A stretch of DNA of 64,000 nucleotides, taken from the sequence record MT939241.1. One strand, 5' to 3'. The notes beneath the pieces were generated by a model that saw only the letters and a program-made list of their open reading frames with translations, was not told the origin of the DNA and did not search any database. Origin of the DNA: Enterococcus phage 9183. Position numbers and translations under genes: made by a program. Of this stretch, positions 63,101 through 64,000 are shown piece by piece; the stretch's first letter is position 1, and the number at the start of each line of letters is the position of its first letter.

Positions 63101-64000
63101 AATTGTTCTTTTTGTTGTGAACGAGTAGTCGCTCCTACATTGATGAATAAGTTTGGAAAACGACGACTTATTTCTGACACTGCATCAATTCTTGCTAAAT
63201 GAAAAGTGACTTGACCATTTAGCGTTTGTTGTGCTTGAGCAAGTTTTCCATCTAATGCAGAAACATTTTTATAGTTCTTCCACATTGTTGCTGCTACATC
63301 ATCAGAAATTAATTCCGTTCCATCGTTCACTGTTCCTACAGAGTTTATATTCGCTGCGGGTATTGTGCCAAACTTCATTACGTTAGGATTTTCTGCAGTT
63401 GAACCTGAAATTTTTCCAGCGAAATCGATAGGAACCTTAATTTTAACATTTTTACCAGCTAAAAATGAAAGCACATCTTCCATTTTTAGTAACCCATCAT
63501 TCACTAAATCGTTCATTCTTTCTTCTAGATCAGTGAGTTTTGCGTTAGTTTTCTCGTAATTACTGTTTAAAATATCGATTTTATTCTGAGCCGCATTAAT
63601 CTTATTCGTAAGATCAGTAATGTAGTTATTGTACCTCGTATCGTAATTTTTCTTGAACTCATCGAAGTCTTGTTGTAATTCAGTTTGTGCTTCCAAGAAA
63701 ATACGATTTAATTCATCAACCAATTCTTCATATTCTGTAATGACTGTATGAGCTTCCTCAACAGTGATGTCTGCATTTTCGAATACTTGAATGTTAAAGT
63801 CTGAAGTCGATTCTCTTTGATCTCCTTTCACAAATGAAAAATATGCTCGTTCATATTTTCCAGCTGTTGAAAAAGCGATCAGTGGAAATGTGTAAGTAAA
63901 ATGACCTTTTGTGCGATCAACCATAACGATTCCTTCAAGATCTTTTACATATGTTCGGTTCCCACTTGTGTTACCTTCAAAGTTAATGACCCAACCTGTT
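60103..64000 (-). CDS. Tail fibre / baseplate protein, 5'-partial (N-terminus beyond the window), with C-terminal glycerophosphodiester phosphodiesterase (GDPD) domain
   Basis: GDPD motifs HRGATVSYPENT...ELDPRLTSDG...MHDDT; reading frame stays open through 63925..64000. Confidence 0.65.
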   Translation of the reverse strand, partial: TGWVINFEGNTSGNRTYVKDLEGIVMVDRTKGHFTYTFPLIAFSTAGKYERAYFSFVKGDQRESTSDFNIQVFENADITVEEAHTVITEYEELVDELNRIFLEAQTELQQDFDEFKKNYDTRYNNYITDLTNKINAAQNKIDILNSNYEKTNAKLTDLEERMNDLVNDGLLKMEDVLSFLAGKNVKIKVPIDFAGKISGSTAENPNVMKFGTIPAANINSVGTVNDGTELISDDVAATMWKNYKNVSALDGKLAQAQQTLNGQVTFHLARIDAVSEISRRFPNLFINVGATTRSQQKEQLIKKATFVSATAYGFGSVGDVYKYTIGRSNWTTTGTTWQGWTGWGIDNNSHSSSKPDPVTAGVGSVDTIMDQNGVMAFIMGVPTPSDGTKMLRTNLDYFVCEITLNLNINDLIPKPDLSKYYTKDEMNEAFTEHSLYSNSLDFGNYDYSGNANLMTPLKASDFYKVTGGTIEDIGNALKVTFTKTDGATFLETMKSVPALLPNKQYTLSADVTVTEGYSGKLENLRLGYRKSPNGTIILPLTAKDAQVGKKTKIFITANSSSATDPSIFDRMYFTINTTSTEPFVGTVLIENIKVEEGSTATPYQPNLLDEPYYLSKAVWGENLIDPAVKFPITSSVETLYSGRTPEDFVEGETYTVTIGATKPSAQSFGVYLALKNHTIFKPVEGLHNTWTATLKIDILGEKKNAVYIYQSPASSVGACQIDWLKIEKGDTRTPNLNAPFKYKGIGFTKSSNPKDYNWNSAPENVDFIEKNAASNEAKIDEIDKNVVKTSGNQNITGLKNFTGTLQSSGVEVAKKGDSYTKTETYTKTEVDSKYIPKTQENTFVKTIGNQNVVGTKNFSDPRKNDALMYALTDEAMRPSDFNFAGDFTKVMTARSMRVMQRRLPWMKTFGWFGTGEGSANDIDEGFKQYIQTNSTTDADITNYQFIRKGRKVQFFARIKFTSATGTDVATFAQVPTGFRLSNAAKYTYWNVPLTCVQFNAPERINYKGFVERLGTNNIKIGTATYTGNTYWYGEWETSDPYPTSFTDEVTERMMAHRGATVSYPENTLEAFKAAIDLGYGGVELDPRLTSDGKLYLMHDDTVDRTTNGTGNFADLTEAQVKALNIKIDPVKYPNLVGQTLKVPSLSSVLLALRGTDLTINFDGSKIDLSVASTAKMIHDMIVSYGLEKRVFFVINNKTQRDAFHKLYPQYPVSWLWNSPGSRAAGTVNEIYAYGKHGGALLSIPMAVLNDDTSMRDIQASGVYYQVYGVQTEADYETCRLMRVPMIETDQLYPNLDFL

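Overview
The window reads as one contiguous stretch of a large, AT-rich double-stranded DNA phage of a Gram-positive (Firmicutes-type) host; all calls below come from ORF translations and sequence motifs, with no database search.

Positions 1..53100 are a plus-strand early/middle region that encodes a nearly complete replisome and a large nucleotide-metabolism set.
- Replication proteins: two tandem SF1 RecD/Dda-like helicases, an ATP-dependent ligase, an SSB, a Sak4/AAA_24-like ATPase, a DnaB-like helicase, a DnaG-like primase, a RecJ-like DHH exonuclease, RNase H, a DnaE-type Pol III alpha, a RusA resolvase and topoisomerase II A and B subunits.
- Nucleotide metabolism: a LOG-like protein, a nucleoside 2-deoxyribosyltransferase-like protein, a deoxynucleoside kinase, a PnuC-like transporter, an NrdH-like redoxin, two dNMP kinases, a ThyA-fold pyrimidine hydroxymethylase-like enzyme, two dUTPase-family paralogs, a HAD phosphatase and a thymidine kinase.
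- A phage sigma-70-like factor is also encoded here.

Positions 53139..64000 are a minus-strand late block: a tyrosine recombinase, an endolysin with a signal peptide, a holin, membrane proteins, and two very large paralogous tail fibre/receptor-binding proteins, one carrying a GDPD (glycerophosphodiester phosphodiesterase) domain.

Non-coding organisation is unusually regular. About 28 copies of one near-invariant promoter (GTTTACA, 16-17 nt spacer, TGATATAAT) are present. Many sit inside the loop or stem of the preceding intrinsic-terminator hairpin.

The strongest lead for a new system is one operon (27945..35380). It combines the hydroxymethylase, a dNMP kinase, a dUTPase-family protein, a HAD phosphatase, a fused sugar-1-kinase/nucleotidyltransferase and two proteins with T4 beta-glucosyltransferase-like GT-B C-terminal motifs, directly upstream of the DNA polymerase. 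This is consistent with synthesis and glycosylation of a hydroxymethyl-pyrimidine in phage DNA, with a phage-encoded NDP-sugar supply.

Other leads:
- Two promoter-driven, terminator-bounded regions with no ORF (candidate ncRNAs; one lies directly upstream of the sigma-factor gene).
- Duplicated promoter-leader cassettes.
- A phased TGACGAAA iteron set next to a lone antisense acidic gene.
- Palindromes and tandem repeats at the left end.
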